A stretch of 64,000 bases of DNA from Escherichia coli (GCF_001677475.2 NZ_CP015229.1); one strand, 5' to 3'; positions 1 to 13,406 are shown, numbered from the stretch's first letter. Numbers and translations are program-made. Notes: generated by a model from the sequence alone, not told the origin.

Positions 1-304
1 TATTATGGCGCTAGTCATTGCCATTTGTGCCATTGTGATGGGCTCTGGCAATGCGCCGTTTATGTCATTTGCCAGTCTTATTCCGAATATCGCAGCCGGA
101 CTACATGTACCAGCGGTTGTAATGATTATGCCGATGCATTTTGCCACGACGCTAGCGCGCGCGGTTTCGCCGATTACTGCGGTGGTTGTCGTTACGTCAG
201 GAATTGCAGGCGTTTCGCCTTTTGCGGTAGTGAAGCGGACAGCGATCCCCATGGCAGTCGGTTTCGTGGTGAATATGATTGCCACTATCACGCTATTTTA
301 TTAA
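1..304 (+). CDS. dcuD: 3' end of an integral membrane transporter gene running into the window (probably the anaerobic C4-dicarboxylate transporter DcuD)
   Basis: Hydrophobic 99-aa C-terminal fragment in frame to stop at 302-304; sits immediately upstream of sspB as in E. coli K-12. Identity assigned from synteny only. Confidence 0.5.
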
Positions 305-320
305 GCGATTAAAAAGACAA

Positions 321-344
321 AACAGGCCGCCAGGGCCTGTTTTA
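321..344. terminator. GC-rich hairpin (ACAGGCC...GGCCTGT) flanked by A and T runs; likely bidirectional terminator between the transporter gene and sspB
   Basis: Inverted repeat aacaggccgccagggcctgtttt seen directly between convergent genes. Confidence 0.5.
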
Positions 345-347
345 GTA

Positions 348-845
348 TTACTTCACAACGCGTAATGCTGGTCGACCACCACGTGGTGGCTGCGGTGGTT
401 CATCGTCAGGATGAGTGTCATCATCGTGATCTGGCTTGTCGCCATCAATAACCGACATAACGGTTTCGTTGTCTGCCGATGCCTCTTCATCATTCATGAT
501 GCTGGCATCTTCATCGTAGGCAGCTTCAGGTTCAAACATCGTGCCTGCGCCATTTTCACGGGCGTAGATAGCCAGCACGGCAGCCAGCGGCACAGATACC
601 TGACGCGGAATGCCACCAAAGCGCGCGTTAAAGCGCACCTCATCATTCGCCAGTTCCAGATTGCCGACAGCACGCGGCGCAATGTTGAGTACGATTTGCC
701 CGTCACGCGCATATTCCATAGGAACCTGCACGCCAGGGAGCGTCACATCCACCACCAGGTGCGGCGTGAGCTGGTTATCCAGCAACCACTCATAGAATGC
801 ACGCAGCAGATAGGGACGACGTGGTGTTAGCTGTGACAAATCCAT
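348..845 (-). CDS. sspB: ClpXP adaptor / stringent starvation protein B
   Basis: 165-aa ORF with acidic C-terminal tail, sequence recognised as SspB (MDLSQLTPRRPYLLRAFYEWLLDN...). Confidence 0.95.
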   Translation of the reverse strand: MDLSQLTPRRPYLLRAFYEWLLDNQLTPHLVVDVTLPGVQVPMEYARDGQIVLNIAPRAVGNLELANDEVRFNARFGGIPRQVSVPLAAVLAIYARENGAGTMFEPEAAYDEDASIMNDEEASADNETVMSVIDGDKPDHDDDTHPDDEPPQPPRGGRPALRVVK

Positions 846-850
846 ACAGA

Positions 851-1489
851 TTAACTCCGGCCCAGACGCATTTCACGTTCTGCTTCAGTTAAAGAAGCAA
901 GGAAAGAGTCACGCTCAAAGACGCGGGTCATATAGCCTTTCAGCTCTTTCGCACCCGGGCCGCTGAACTCGATGCCCAGTTGCGGCAGACGCCACAGCAG
1001 CGGAGCAAGGTAGCAATCGACCAGGCTGAACTCATCGCTCAGGAAGTACGGCTTCTGACCGAAGACCGGCGCAATCGCCAGCAGTTCTTCGCGCAGTTGC
1101 TTACGTGCGGCATCTGCTTCAGAAGCTGAACCGTTGATGATGGTGTTCATCAGCGTGTACCAGTCTTTTTCGATGCGATGCATGTACAGACGGCTTTCAC
1201 CGCGAGCTACCGGGTAAACAGGCATCAGTGGCGGATGCGGGAAACGCTCATCCAGATATTCCATAATGATGCGAGATTCCCACAGGGTCAGCTCACGATC
1301 CACCAGGGTCGGAACGCTCTGATTCGGGTTGAGGTCAATCAGATCCTGAGGCGGATTGTCCTTTTCCACGTGTTCGATCTCGAAACTTACACCTTTCTCA
1401 GCCAGCACAATGCGGACCTGATGGCTATAGATGTCAGTAGGACCGGAAAACAGCGTCATTACCGAACGTTTGTTGGCAGCGACAGCCAT
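851..1489 (-). CDS. sspA: Stringent starvation protein A (GST-like RNAP-associated protein)
   Basis: 212-aa ORF recognised as SspA; 5-bp spacing to sspB typical of the sspAB operon. Confidence 0.95.
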   Translation of the reverse strand: MAVAANKRSVMTLFSGPTDIYSHQVRIVLAEKGVSFEIEHVEKDNPPQDLIDLNPNQSVPTLVDRELTLWESRIIMEYLDERFPHPPLMPVYPVARGESRLYMHRIEKDWYTLMNTIINGSASEADAARKQLREELLAIAPVFGQKPYFLSDEFSLVDCYLAPLLWRLPQLGIEFSGPGAKELKGYMTRVFERDSFLASLTEAEREMRLGRS

Positions 1490-1823
1490 GAAAACCTCCA
1501 GGTATAGTCAGAATTTTTACTGCTACCAGCCACCAGGTGGCCAGTCAGAAGTTGTGTTACCCAGTAAGGAACGACTCTCTTTGTTCGAAAATCAAACAAA
1601 AAATGAGCAATACCCGACATTTGGGCAGAAAATTGGATGATAGTTTACCAGATTTTGCGACCTTTGTGGTGAGTCGATGCCGGAAATGGGGAAAAAGAGA
1701 TGCGCTTTAGTCTGAAATAGTTGACTTAGTCCCTTATTGGCGATGTGGTTTTTGTTTTACCTGTCTGTCAGACGGCAGCAAAAAGCAACTTTCCATTTTT
1801 TACGCTGATTCAGAATTTAGCCA

Positions 1824-1852
1824 TAAAAAAACCCGCCGAAGCGGGTTTTTTC
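1824..1852 (-). terminator. Intrinsic terminator downstream of rpsI (hairpin CCCGC-CGAA-GCGGG flanked by A/T runs)
   Basis: aaaaaaacccgccgaagcgggtttttt seen directly. Confidence 0.6.
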
Positions 1853-1883
1853 GCAAATTGTTTTCTGCCGGAGCAGAAGCCAA

Positions 1884-2279
<396 letters not shown>

Positions 2280-2291
2280 CTATAATCCCGA

Positions 2292-2807
<516 letters not shown>

Positions 2808-2896
2808 CTACCCCTTCGAATAGCCTATGCCAGCACACAAAAAGTTTTGGGAAAAAAACTTTCTTGTAACGTGGGGTCGCAGGATTATAGAGAAGT

Positions 2897-2921
2897 CGGG
2901 GTCAAAGATCGACCCCTTTTT
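2897..2921 (+). terminator. Terminator-like hairpin (GGGGTC-N7-GACCCC + TTTTT) in the zapE–rplM intergenic region, T-run on the plus strand
   Basis: Seen directly; orientation is unexpected because both flanking genes are on the minus strand. Confidence 0.3.
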
Positions 2922-2938
2922 GTGATTTGTGGCAGGTT

Positions 2939-4066
2939 TTAACCCGCTAAATGCTCGCGCTTCAGATACTCTTCGCTTTGCATCTCTTGCAGACGTGACA
3001 GGCAACGCTGGAACTCAAATTTCAGCCGCTCGCCCTGATAAATGTCATATAGCGGCACTTCTGCACTCACCACTAATTTGACATGGCGCTCGTAAAACTC
3101 ATCCACCAGCGCAATAAAGCGCCGCGCTTCGCTCTCCATCAACCGCGTCATAACTGGTACATCAAACAACATGACCGTATGAAAGAGGCGTGAGAGCGCA
3201 ATATAGTCATGCTGACTGCGGGCGTCGACGCACAGCGTAGTAAAAGAGACCGCCAGCGTCTGGTTCTCGACGCCCATTGTCGCCAATGGCCGATGGTTGA
3301 TTTCTAATGTCGGTGAATTTTCTCGTTTCGCCCCCGCCAGCGCCAACCATAGTTTATCCATTTGCGCCCGGGTTTCATCGTTGAGGGGCGAAAGCCACAG
3401 ATGCGCCTGAGTGAGTGTACGCAGTCGATAATCAACACCAGCGTCCACGTTCATTACATCACAATGCTGTTTAATGGCATCGATTGCAGGCAAAAAACGC
3501 GCACGTTGTAGGCCATTTCGATAAAGTTCGTCCGGCGGAATATTTGACGTCGCTACCAGGGTAATACCGCGGGCGAACAGGGCTTTCATCAGACCGCCAA
3601 GTAGCATGGCGTCGGTAATATCAGAAACAAAAAATTCGTCAAAACAGAGCACGTCAGTTTCGGCTTTAAAGCGATCGGCAATAATTTCCAGCGGATCGCT
3701 TTGGCCTTGTAATTCGGTCAGCTCTTCGTGCACCCGCAGCATAAAACGGTGAAAGTGCAGACGCTGTTTCCGCTCTCCCGGCAGGCTTTGATAGAAAAGG
3801 TCCATCAGCCAGGTTTTCCCGCGTCCTACACCGCCCCACATATATAAGCCACGCACTGGCGTATGCTTTGTGTCTTCCCGTTTACCCCACAGCTTACCGA
3901 CCCGCGCCATTAGCCCACTCGTCCTGGGGGCTGGTGGCGTGCTATTGATGAGTTCCTGATAAATAATTTCCAAGCGGCTGACGGCCTCTTTTTGAACGTC
4001 GTCGGGTTGATGGCTGCCTTCATTGAGCGCCTTCAGGTATTGCGATGTTGGGGTAACGCTTTGCAT
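2939..4066 (-). CDS. zapE: AFG1-family ATPase, cell division factor ZapE (YhcM)
   Basis: 375-aa ORF with P-loop GVGRGKT, recognised as YhcM/ZapE. Confidence 0.93.
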   Translation of the reverse strand: MQSVTPTSQYLKALNEGSHQPDDVQKEAVSRLEIIYQELINSTPPAPRTSGLMARVGKLWGKREDTKHTPVRGLYMWGGVGRGKTWLMDLFYQSLPGERKQRLHFHRFMLRVHEELTELQGQSDPLEIIADRFKAETDVLCFDEFFVSDITDAMLLGGLMKALFARGITLVATSNIPPDELYRNGLQRARFLPAIDAIKQHCDVMNVDAGVDYRLRTLTQAHLWLSPLNDETRAQMDKLWLALAGAKRENSPTLEINHRPLATMGVENQTLAVSFTTLCVDARSQHDYIALSRLFHTVMLFDVPVMTRLMESEARRFIALVDEFYERHVKLVVSAEVPLYDIYQGERLKFEFQRCLSRLQEMQSEEYLKREHLAG

Positions 4067-4259
4067 GATCTTATTGTTATTCCTTGAATAATCGGTGCGC
4101 CGTTGTTCACGGTTGACGAAAAAAAGGCCGTTCTACACTACGCGATATGCAGTCGGGATTCCACTTCTGTGGAATTAACGGTTATAGTGGCATAATCAGC
4201 CGCAGGCATGGAGCCTGAAGCCAACACCCTACGGAAACAAAAGACAACGGGAGATGTTC

Positions 4260-4658
4260 ATGACCTGGGAATATGCGCTAATTGGGTTAGTCGTCGGCAT
4301 CATTATTGGTGCTGTGGCCATGCGTTTTGGTAATCGTAAACTACGCCAGCAACAGGCGTTGCAGTACGAACTGGAAAAGAATAAAGCTGAACTGGACGAG
4401 TATCGCGAAGAGCTGGTTAGCCACTTTGCCCGCAGCGCGGAATTACTGGATACCATGGCGCACGACTATCGCCAGCTGTATCAACACATGGCGAAAAGCT
4501 CCAGCAGCCTGCTGCCGGAACTGTCTGCTGAAGCAAACCCGTTCCGTAATCGTCTGGCAGAGTCTGAAGCTAGCAACGATCAGGCACCGGTGCAGATGCC
4601 TCGCGACTATTCTGAAGGCGCGTCCGGCCTGCTGCGTACTGGCGCGAAGCGCGACTAA
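4260..4658 (+). CDS. zapG: Inner-membrane protein YhcB / ZapG
   Basis: ORF trimmed by 2 codons to ATG 4260 preceded by GGGAG; N-terminal TM helix then coiled-coil, recognised as YhcB. Confidence 0.9.
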   Translation: MTWEYALIGLVVGIIIGAVAMRFGNRKLRQQQALQYELEKNKAELDEYREELVSHFARSAELLDTMAHDYRQLYQHMAKSSSSLLPELSAEANPFRNRLAESEASNDQAPVQMPRDYSEGASGLLRTGAKRD

Positions 4659-4811
4659 TTTATTTTTCGGGCGCAGCCATTGCGCCCTCCTCTTCTTTCC
4701 CTCCCCGACTATCATTTAATCTGGTGTCTCATTGTTAGCCGTCTGAAAATTCAATAACATCAAACTGTTTTGAATCTCTTTTCTTATCATTCAGGTACGA
4801 GAGCAGGAATA

Positions 4812-6179
4812 ATGAAAAAACAAACCCAGCTGTTGAGTGCATTAGCGTTAAGTGTCGGGTTAACTCTCTCGGCGTCTTTTCAGGCCGTTGCGTCGATTCC
4901 AGGCCAGGTTGCCGATCAGGCCCCTCTCCCCAGTCTGGCCCCAATGCTGGAAAAAGTGCTTCCGGCAGTGGTGAGCGTACGGGTGGAAGGAACGGCCAGT
5001 CAGGGACAGAAAATCCCGGAAGAATTCAAAAAGTTTTTTGGTGATGATTTACCGGATCAACCTGCACAACCCTTCGAAGGTTTAGGCTCCGGTGTCATCA
5101 TCAACGCCAGTAAAGGCTATGTGCTGACTAACAACCATGTGATTAATCAGGCACAGAAAATCAGTATTCAGCTCAATGATGGGCGCGAGTTTGATGCAAA
5201 ACTGATTGGTAGCGATGACCAGAGCGATATCGCCCTGTTGCAAATTCAAAACCCGAGCAAATTAACGCAAATCGCTATTGCCGACTCCGATAAATTGCGC
5301 GTCGGTGATTTTGCCGTGGCGGTCGGTAACCCATTTGGCCTTGGGCAAACCGCCACCTCTGGCATTGTTTCCGCATTAGGCCGCAGTGGGTTGAATCTTG
5401 AAGGTCTGGAAAACTTTATCCAGACAGATGCTTCCATTAACCGCGGTAACTCCGGCGGTGCACTGTTAAACCTTAACGGTGAGTTAATTGGCATCAACAC
5501 GGCAATCCTTGCGCCTGGCGGCGGGAGCGTCGGGATTGGATTTGCCATCCCCAGTAATATGGCGCGAACACTGGCGCAGCAGCTTATCGACTTTGGTGAA
5601 ATCAAACGCGGTCTGTTAGGCATCAAAGGCACCGAGATGAGTGCCGATATCGCCAAAGCCTTCAACCTTGACGTGCAGCGTGGCGCGTTTGTCAGCGAAG
5701 TGTTGCCAGGTTCTGGCTCGGCGAAAGCGGGCGTCAAAGCGGGCGATATTATTACCAGCCTCAACGGCAAACCGCTGAATAGCTTTGCTGAGTTGCGCTC
5801 TCGTATCGCGACCACCGAGCCGGGCACGAAAGTGAAGCTTGGCCTGCTGCGTAACGGCAAACCACTGGAAGTAGAAGTGACGCTCGATACCAGCACCTCT
5901 TCGTCGGCCAGCGCTGAAATGATCACGCCAGCGCTTGAAGGTGCAACGTTGAGCGATGGTCAGCTAAAAGATGGCGGCAAAGGTATTAAGATCGATGAGG
6001 TTGTCAAAGGAAGCCCAGCTGCTCAGGCTGGCTTGCAAAAAGACGATGTGATCATTGGCGTCAACCGCGATCGGGTGAACTCGATTGCTGAAATGCGTAA
6101 AGTGCTGGCGGCAAAACCGGCCATCATCGCCCTGCAAATTGTACGCGGCAATGAAAGCATCTATCTGCTGATGCGTTAA
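4812..6179 (+). CDS. degQ: Periplasmic serine endoprotease DegQ (HtrA family, two PDZ domains)
   Basis: Trimmed to ATG 4812 (MKKQTQLLSALALSVGL signal peptide); trypsin-like motif GNSGGAL. Confidence 0.95.
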   Translation: MKKQTQLLSALALSVGLTLSASFQAVASIPGQVADQAPLPSLAPMLEKVLPAVVSVRVEGTASQGQKIPEEFKKFFGDDLPDQPAQPFEGLGSGVIINASKGYVLTNNHVINQAQKISIQLNDGREFDAKLIGSDDQSDIALLQIQNPSKLTQIAIADSDKLRVGDFAVAVGNPFGLGQTATSGIVSALGRSGLNLEGLENFIQTDASINRGNSGGALLNLNGELIGINTAILAPGGGSVGIGFAIPSNMARTLAQQLIDFGEIKRGLLGIKGTEMSADIAKAFNLDVQRGAFVSEVLPGSGSAKAGVKAGDIITSLNGKPLNSFAELRSRIATTEPGTKVKLGLLRNGKPLEVEVTLDTSTSSSASAEMITPALEGATLSDGQLKDGGKGIKIDEVVKGSPAAQAGLQKDDVIIGVNRDRVNSIAEMRKVLAAKPAIIALQIVRGNESIYLLMR

Positions 6180-6268
6180 TGTCGTAAACCGGGCATCAGG
6201 CTGACGTGTGATGTCCGGTTAACTCGTGGTATGCTGCTGCCGTTCCCTTTTTTAATGACGCCTCCATC

Positions 6269-7336
6269 ATGTTTGTGAAGCTCTTACGTTCCGTTGCGAT
6301 TGGATTAATTGTCGGCGCTATTCTGCTGGTTGCCATGCCTTCGCTGCGCAGCCTTAACCCGCTTTCCACTCCGCAATTTGACAGTACCGATGAGACGCCT
6401 GCCAGCTATAATCTGGCGGTTCGCCGCGCCGCGCCAGCGGTGGTTAACGTTTACAACCGTGGTTTGAACACCAACTCTCACAACCAGCTTGAGATCCGCA
6501 CCCTGGGATCCGGTGTAATCATGGATCAACGCGGTTATATCATCACCAATAAACACGTCATCAACGACGCCGATCAGATCATCGTCGCCTTACAGGATGG
6601 ACGTGTATTTGAAGCATTGCTGGTGGGATCTGACTCTCTAACCGATCTGGCGGTACTTAAAATTAATGCCACTGGCGGTTTACCTACCATTCCGATCAAT
6701 GCACGTCGCGTACCGCACATTGGCGACGTAGTACTGGCGATCGGTAACCCGTACAACCTCGGGCAGACCATTACCCAGGGGATTATTAGTGCTACGGGTC
6801 GAATCGGTCTGAACCCGACCGGGCGGCAAAACTTCCTGCAAACCGATGCTTCCATTAACCACGGTAACTCTGGCGGCGCGCTGGTGAACTCGCTGGGAGA
6901 ACTGATGGGCATTAATACGCTGTCGTTTGATAAGAGTAACGATGGCGAAACGCCGGAAGGTATCGGCTTTGCGATTCCTTTCCAGTTAGCAACCAAAATT
7001 ATGGATAAGCTGATCCGCGATGGTCGCGTGATCCGCGGCTACATTGGTATCGGCGGACGTGAGATCGCACCACTGCACGCGCAGGGCGGTGGTATAGATC
7101 AACTGCAAGGGATCGTGGTTAATGAAGTGTCACCTGACGGCCCGGCGGCGAATGCGGGTATTCAGGTCAACGATCTGATTATTTCGGTGGATAACAAACC
7201 GGCCATCTCTGCTCTGGAGACGATGGATCAGGTGGCGGAAATTCGCCCTGGTTCGGTGATCCCGGTTGTAGTGATGCGTGATGATAAGCAGTTAACGCTG
7301 CAGGTCACCATTCAGGAATATCCGGCAACCAATTAA
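6269..7336 (+). CDS. degS: Periplasmic serine endoprotease DegS (sigma-E stress sensor protease)
   Basis: 355-aa ORF, N-terminal anchor, GNSGGAL motif and a single PDZ domain. Confidence 0.95.
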   Translation: MFVKLLRSVAIGLIVGAILLVAMPSLRSLNPLSTPQFDSTDETPASYNLAVRRAAPAVVNVYNRGLNTNSHNQLEIRTLGSGVIMDQRGYIITNKHVINDADQIIVALQDGRVFEALLVGSDSLTDLAVLKINATGGLPTIPINARRVPHIGDVVLAIGNPYNLGQTITQGIISATGRIGLNPTGRQNFLQTDASINHGNSGGALVNSLGELMGINTLSFDKSNDGETPEGIGFAIPFQLATKIMDKLIRDGRVIRGYIGIGGREIAPLHAQGGGIDQLQGIVVNEVSPDGPAANAGIQVNDLIISVDNKPAISALETMDQVAEIRPGSVIPVVVMRDDKQLTLQVTIQEYPATN

Positions 7337-7352
7337 GTCGAGTGCTCAAAAC

Positions 7353-7383
7353 AAAAAACCGGAGTCTGTGCTCCGGTTTTTTA
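7353..7383. terminator. Bidirectional intrinsic terminator between degS and mdh
   Basis: aaaaaaccggagtctgtgctccggtttttta: perfect hairpin with A-run and T-run. Confidence 0.7.
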
Positions 7384-7398
7384 TTATCCGCTAATCAA

Positions 7399-8412
<1,014 letters not shown>

Positions 8413-8710
8413 TTACAATGACCACATCTCAAGAATGTGTAGTCACGCAAGTTTAGCGTTTATGCATTTAATTGCCGTAATCAGGAACCTAACTTACGTA
8501 ATTAACAGTCGCTTATGCATTAGCGCAACATTCCAACAGGTGGTGACAATATACCCTACCGTTCAGCCAAAACAACATCAATTTGATAACAATTAATTTA
8601 CTTTTAAGCAGAATTTGCATGCCGTGACGCAGGCATGTTTCTCAATAACGAAATTTGATAAAATCCCGCTCTTTCATAACATTATTTCAGCCTTCTTCAG
8701 GGCTGACTGT

Positions 8711-8748
8711 TTGCATAAAAATTCATCTGTATGCACAATAATGTTGTA
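8711..8748 (+). promoter_or_regulatory. Putative tandem ARG boxes (ArgR operator) overlapping the argR promoter
   Basis: tTGCATaaaaATTCAtc followed by a weaker ATGCAcaataATGTT repeat about 25 bp upstream of argR; matches the ARG-box half-site pattern TGAAT/ATTCA. Confidence 0.4.
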
Positions 8749-8768
8749 TCAACCACCATATCGGGTGA

Positions 8769-9242
<474 letters not shown>

Positions 9243-9606
9243 TCTCTGCCCCGTCGCTTCTGGCGGCGGGGAAAATGTTGCTTATCCCTCTCAACCCCCT
9301 GCTTTCCCCTGCGATTAATTTAACGAATAGTGCGTTTTACTGCGACATGTCATTCACACAATGAATACATACGGTAAAAAAAGCACATTATGCAAAATTC
9401 ATTATCTAATTGAAAATACTAGAATTAAAAATAAATAACCGTGTTTTTAATTCTTTTTTGTTATTAAAATTCACATTTTTAATACTTAGTATCAACTGAA
9501 ACAGTTAGCGTGGTATTAATTAGTTCAATAATTAGTGTATACTTGATTTTGTGATAAGGGTCACGAAACAAAGACCCAGCAAAAAGATTATGTTGAGGTA
9601 AAAATC

Positions 9607-9870
9607 ATGAAAATCAAAACCACTGTTGCTGCATTAAGCGTACTTTCTGTTCTCTCTTTCAGTGCATTCGCTGCCGACTCCATTGATGCTGCACAAGCAC
9701 AAAATCGTGAAGCAATCGGGACCGTATCCGTAAGTGGTGTGGCGTCTTCGCCAATGGATATGCGTGAAATGCTGAACAAAAAAGCAGAAGAGAAAGGCGC
9801 AACGGCCTACCAGATTACGGAAGCTCGTAGCGGTGACACCTGGCACGCTACGGCTGAACTGTACAAATAA
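9607..9870 (+). CDS. yhcN: Small periplasmic stress protein YhcN (DUF1471/YdgH-BhsA family)
   Basis: 87-aa ORF with signal peptide, preceded by a 360-bp AT-rich region. Confidence 0.85.
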   Translation: MKIKTTVAALSVLSVLSFSAFAADSIDAAQAQNREAIGTVSVSGVASSPMDMREMLNKKAEEKGATAYQITEARSGDTWHATAELYK

Positions 9871-9895
9871 ACCCTCATCGTCTTGTCCGACGATA

Positions 9896-9922
9896 TTGCC
9901 CCCGGTTCGGGGGCTTTTTTTT
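9896..9922 (+). terminator. Intrinsic terminator after yhcN
   Basis: gcccccggttcgggggc followed by tttttttt. Confidence 0.7.
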
Positions 9923-9925
9923 GCG

Positions 9926-10198
9926 CTAATGACGAACATTAAAACGCAAATGCCCTTCCAGCTCTTCCTCTGCCTCATCAAACAGCAATATTAACGCACC
10001 AAAACGGCGACGCGTTTTCTCTCCCAGATGAACAAATTCAATCTCAAGTGGTAGCGGCAGGACATCGTTCATTAACACATCCCATAGTGAGTCGAGATCG
10101 CGTACCTTATCTTTCGCCAGACCAAATGTTTGGCTAAAGTCACGATAAAAATCCTCCTGACTCTCAATCTCATCAAAATCAAAGGTATAAATATTCAT
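9926..10198 (-). CDS. yhcO: Barstar-like protein YhcO
   Basis: 90-aa acidic ORF recognised as YhcO. Confidence 0.85.
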   Translation of the reverse strand: MNIYTFDFDEIESQEDFYRDFSQTFGLAKDKVRDLDSLWDVLMNDVLPLPLEIEFVHLGEKTRRRFGALILLFDEAEEELEGHLRFNVRH

Positions 10199-10289
10199 CT
10201 GTTGCCACCGTCACGTTTCGCGGCGAGTTCTGCCGTGCATCGCTAAGTATAGCCATGAAAAAACCGACGCTTTTGGCGTCGGTTTTGAC

Positions 10290-12257
10290 TTAACTATCGG
10301 TCAACGCATGTTGATACTTATGGAGCATCCCCGCCAGCCGATGTACCGGTTCCGTCACCTGCGGTGGCGCTTGCCAGATGCGTAGCTTTTCCTGGTAGAT
10401 TTCCAGTTCTTCCAGCAACTGGCCAAAGTACCGACGACGTTTATCATCGCTACGGGCAGATATCACATGGTCTGCTGTGCGGCGCATTTGTCGGTGAAAC
10501 GCCGATAAATCCTCGTTAACCGGGATCGGCGCATCACGCAGGCGCTGGTGCGCGATAATCATCGTCAGCGCCAGGCGAAATTTCGGCAAATCCCCTGGGA
10601 ACTTATTCATCAGCAAAAACAGCTGCTGATAAAGTGCCGGGAGGTGGTTCTCTTTACGACGTGCCACATTGGTAGTCATCGCGGAAACAGCGGCAGAAAC
10701 AAACTGATTAAGCAGTACACGTCCAGTCCTGTCGCGCGATTTATCCCGCACCAGCAAAATAACGGTGAACGCGAGCACACAGCCGACGATTTGCCCTAAT
10801 GCGCTGTCGAGAAACTGACTGAAATGGAAAGTCATCGGGTTATCCAGCACGATAATATTTATGGTGCTGGCCAGTGCCCCCATCGAGCCCAGTCGCCGTT
10901 TCTGTACTTCTATACCGAGGAAGAATCCCAGCACTGCCAGGCTAATGCACAGCAGCAACATGCTCTGTTGGGTATTAGGGATAATCACCAAAAAGTAGAG
11001 CAGCCCTAACGGCAGCGCGGCCAGCGTCCCGTAGATAAAGTCGATCGCCACCATGCGTGGATTCGGCAAACGCATTGCCAGTGACGTCACTACCGCAATC
11101 ATCACCATTGCACCACTGCCGGAAGTCCAGCCCGTCCACAGCCAGAAAAGCGTGCCCAGAATGCAGGAAAGTGTGGTTCGCCAGAAGTTAACCATCGCAT
11201 GATGACGTTCGGCTGACTCTACTTTGACTTCCGGTTCGCCTTGCAGGATCTCTTCTTCGGTGGCGTTGATTTTTGTGTTACTGATAACGCCGCGCTTGAG
11301 AAGCTGATAACGCGTTGCCGCCGCAACCCAGCTATAAATGGTGACAGGCGTTTCCCGTTCCCCGGTCCAGGCGATCACTCTCCGCAGGCGTTTGAGCTGC
11401 TTGTGGACGTCCTGCGCGGTTTCTACCGGCGTGTCAAAAAATTCGCGGAAAGTATCAGTGATCAATTCCGGGCGCGTATTCTGAATAAGATAAGTTTCGC
11501 AGGATTGGGTAATCAGCGTCAGCGATAGCGTATTGATCGCTTTTAAACGTCGATTGGCCCGCGCCCAGCGGGAAGATTCCATATTCAGGTTGCTGCGCAT
11601 GCCTTGTAGCGCCGTGGTGCGTCGCACCAGGTCGCCCCAGGCTTTATCGACAACTTCACCATCGCCATGCTTGATACAGAGTTGCATTAATTGATATTGC
11701 GCGACGAGCAAACTTTCCAGCTCTCGATCCACTTCTTGTTTGATCGATCGCGGAGAAAAAAGCAAATCAGCCATAATCGCACACACAATACCGATAACGA
11801 TCTCGCTACAACGTTCGACAGCAAACTGCGGCGTAAGCAATGGTTCCGGCTGAATGGTGATCACAATGATCAGCGCGGTATAACCGGCCAGCCCCCACGC
11901 ATACGAGTTTTCTATTCGTACCAGCGAGGATATCCAGGTGCAAAAACCGGCCCAGATACAGCACACCAGAATCATCAATAATGGTGCGCGGATCATCGCA
12001 ATAATGATCACCAGTCCGGCAATACAGCCAATAAATGTGCCGATGATGCGCAAAAAGCCACGATAGCGTATCGCGCCAGAGTACGGTTCACCTCCCGCAG
12101 CAAAGGCCGGACCGGCGGCAACAATCGCCGCTGTCAGTACCGCCCAGCGTGGCGTTTCCAGCTGGAAGTGAAAGCCAACAAACAGCGCCAGTACAATGGC
12201 GGTCGCCAGTTTTACCGCAAAGCGAATATGTTGGTTAGCAATGGAGAAAATACCCAT
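10290..12257 (-). CDS. aaeB: p-Hydroxybenzoic acid efflux pump subunit AaeB
   Basis: 655-aa polytopic membrane protein; aaeXAB gene order. Confidence 0.93.
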
Positions 12258-12262
12258 CGTGA

Positions 12263-13195
12263 TTAACCAAACTCACGCAGGCGATGGGCCATTTTACGGA
12301 AGAACGAATCCTGGCTTTCGTCGCGATCTTGTTTGCCAGTGACCACCACTGTAGCAGTGGTGCCCGCAGGCCAGATGTTCTCTTGCTGGTTGTCGAGACG
12401 AATACGAACCGGAACACGTTGCGCCAAACGCACCCATTCAAGGTTAGAGTCGATGGTCGCCATCCCTTTGTCGTCACGCGTGCTGCTGGCGTTGGTGACC
12501 CCAGCGGCAACACTATCAACAGTCCCTTTCAGCACTTTGTTACTGCCAAGCGGCGTGATCTCTGCACGATACCCAGGGCGCACCCCTTCCAGCTTAGTTT
12601 CTTCCATATAGGCCAGTACATAGAAAGAGTTCTGTTTCACCAGCGCAACCGCCGTTGATCCACGAGTAATAAACTCACCGGTATAGACGTTGAGGTTGGT
12701 CACCCAGCCATCTGCTGGCGCGCGGATCACCGTGCGTTCAAGATCCAGTTTTGCCAGATCGCGGGTCGCCTGCGCTTTCGCTAACTGATGCAGAACCGTT
12801 TGTAGTACGTTGTTGGCCTGGTCTATCTCTTCGCGAGACATCGCCTGTATGCCGAGACGGTTACGACGTCCGGCCTCCTGTCGTTTTTCCTGTGCCAGCA
12901 CTTGATAATAAGCAACATCGGCTTGCGCTTCCTCGAGCGCCTTTTGATAGCGTGGCTGGTCGATGGTGAACAGTACCTGTCCTTTTTTCACCAGCTGGTT
13001 ATCATGAACATTTACCTGAGTAATGAGTCCGGATACGTCCGGCGCGATCGCAACGACGTCGGCGCTAAAGCGTGCGTCACGCGTCCACGGGGATTCGGTG
13101 TAATAGACCCAGGCATTAAAAATTGCGATGAAGGCCAGAATGACTAATACGACCGTGATGGCCGTACGGGAGAATTTTCTTATTAGTGTTTTCAC
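12263..13195 (-). CDS. aaeA: Efflux pump membrane-fusion subunit AaeA
   Basis: 310-aa ORF, N-terminal TM anchor, HlyD-like. Confidence 0.93.
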
Positions 13196-13202
13196 TTCAA
13201 CC

Positions 13203-13406
13203 TCAAACGAACAGTCGCGATATCAAATAAAACAAGCAGCAATAGAGCGCGGTGTTGAACAACGCCGGATGCCAGACAAAGTCGTAGATACCTGTTGGCA
13301 CAAGTACCCGGCGCACCAGCCAGAAAATCGCCAGTGATAAAAGCAATTCGAAAAATATCGGTGGGAAGGACAGCCCAAACACCACGATAACGGGAAACAG
13401 ACTCAT
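13203..13406 (-). CDS. aaeX: Small membrane protein AaeX
   Basis: ORF trimmed to the internal ATG giving 67 aa ([22 protein letters not shown]...). Confidence 0.8.

Noticed and set aside
5246-5926. 226-aa minus-strand ORF antisense to degQ, and similar frames opposite degS (6574-6996)
   Set aside because: Antisense to conserved protease genes; Pro/Ser/Ala-rich artefactual translation.
9250-9273. Candidate argR terminator hairpin (ccccgtcgcttctggcggcgggg)
   Set aside because: The stem is imperfect and no U-tract follows on the argR strand; too weak to call an intrinsic terminator.
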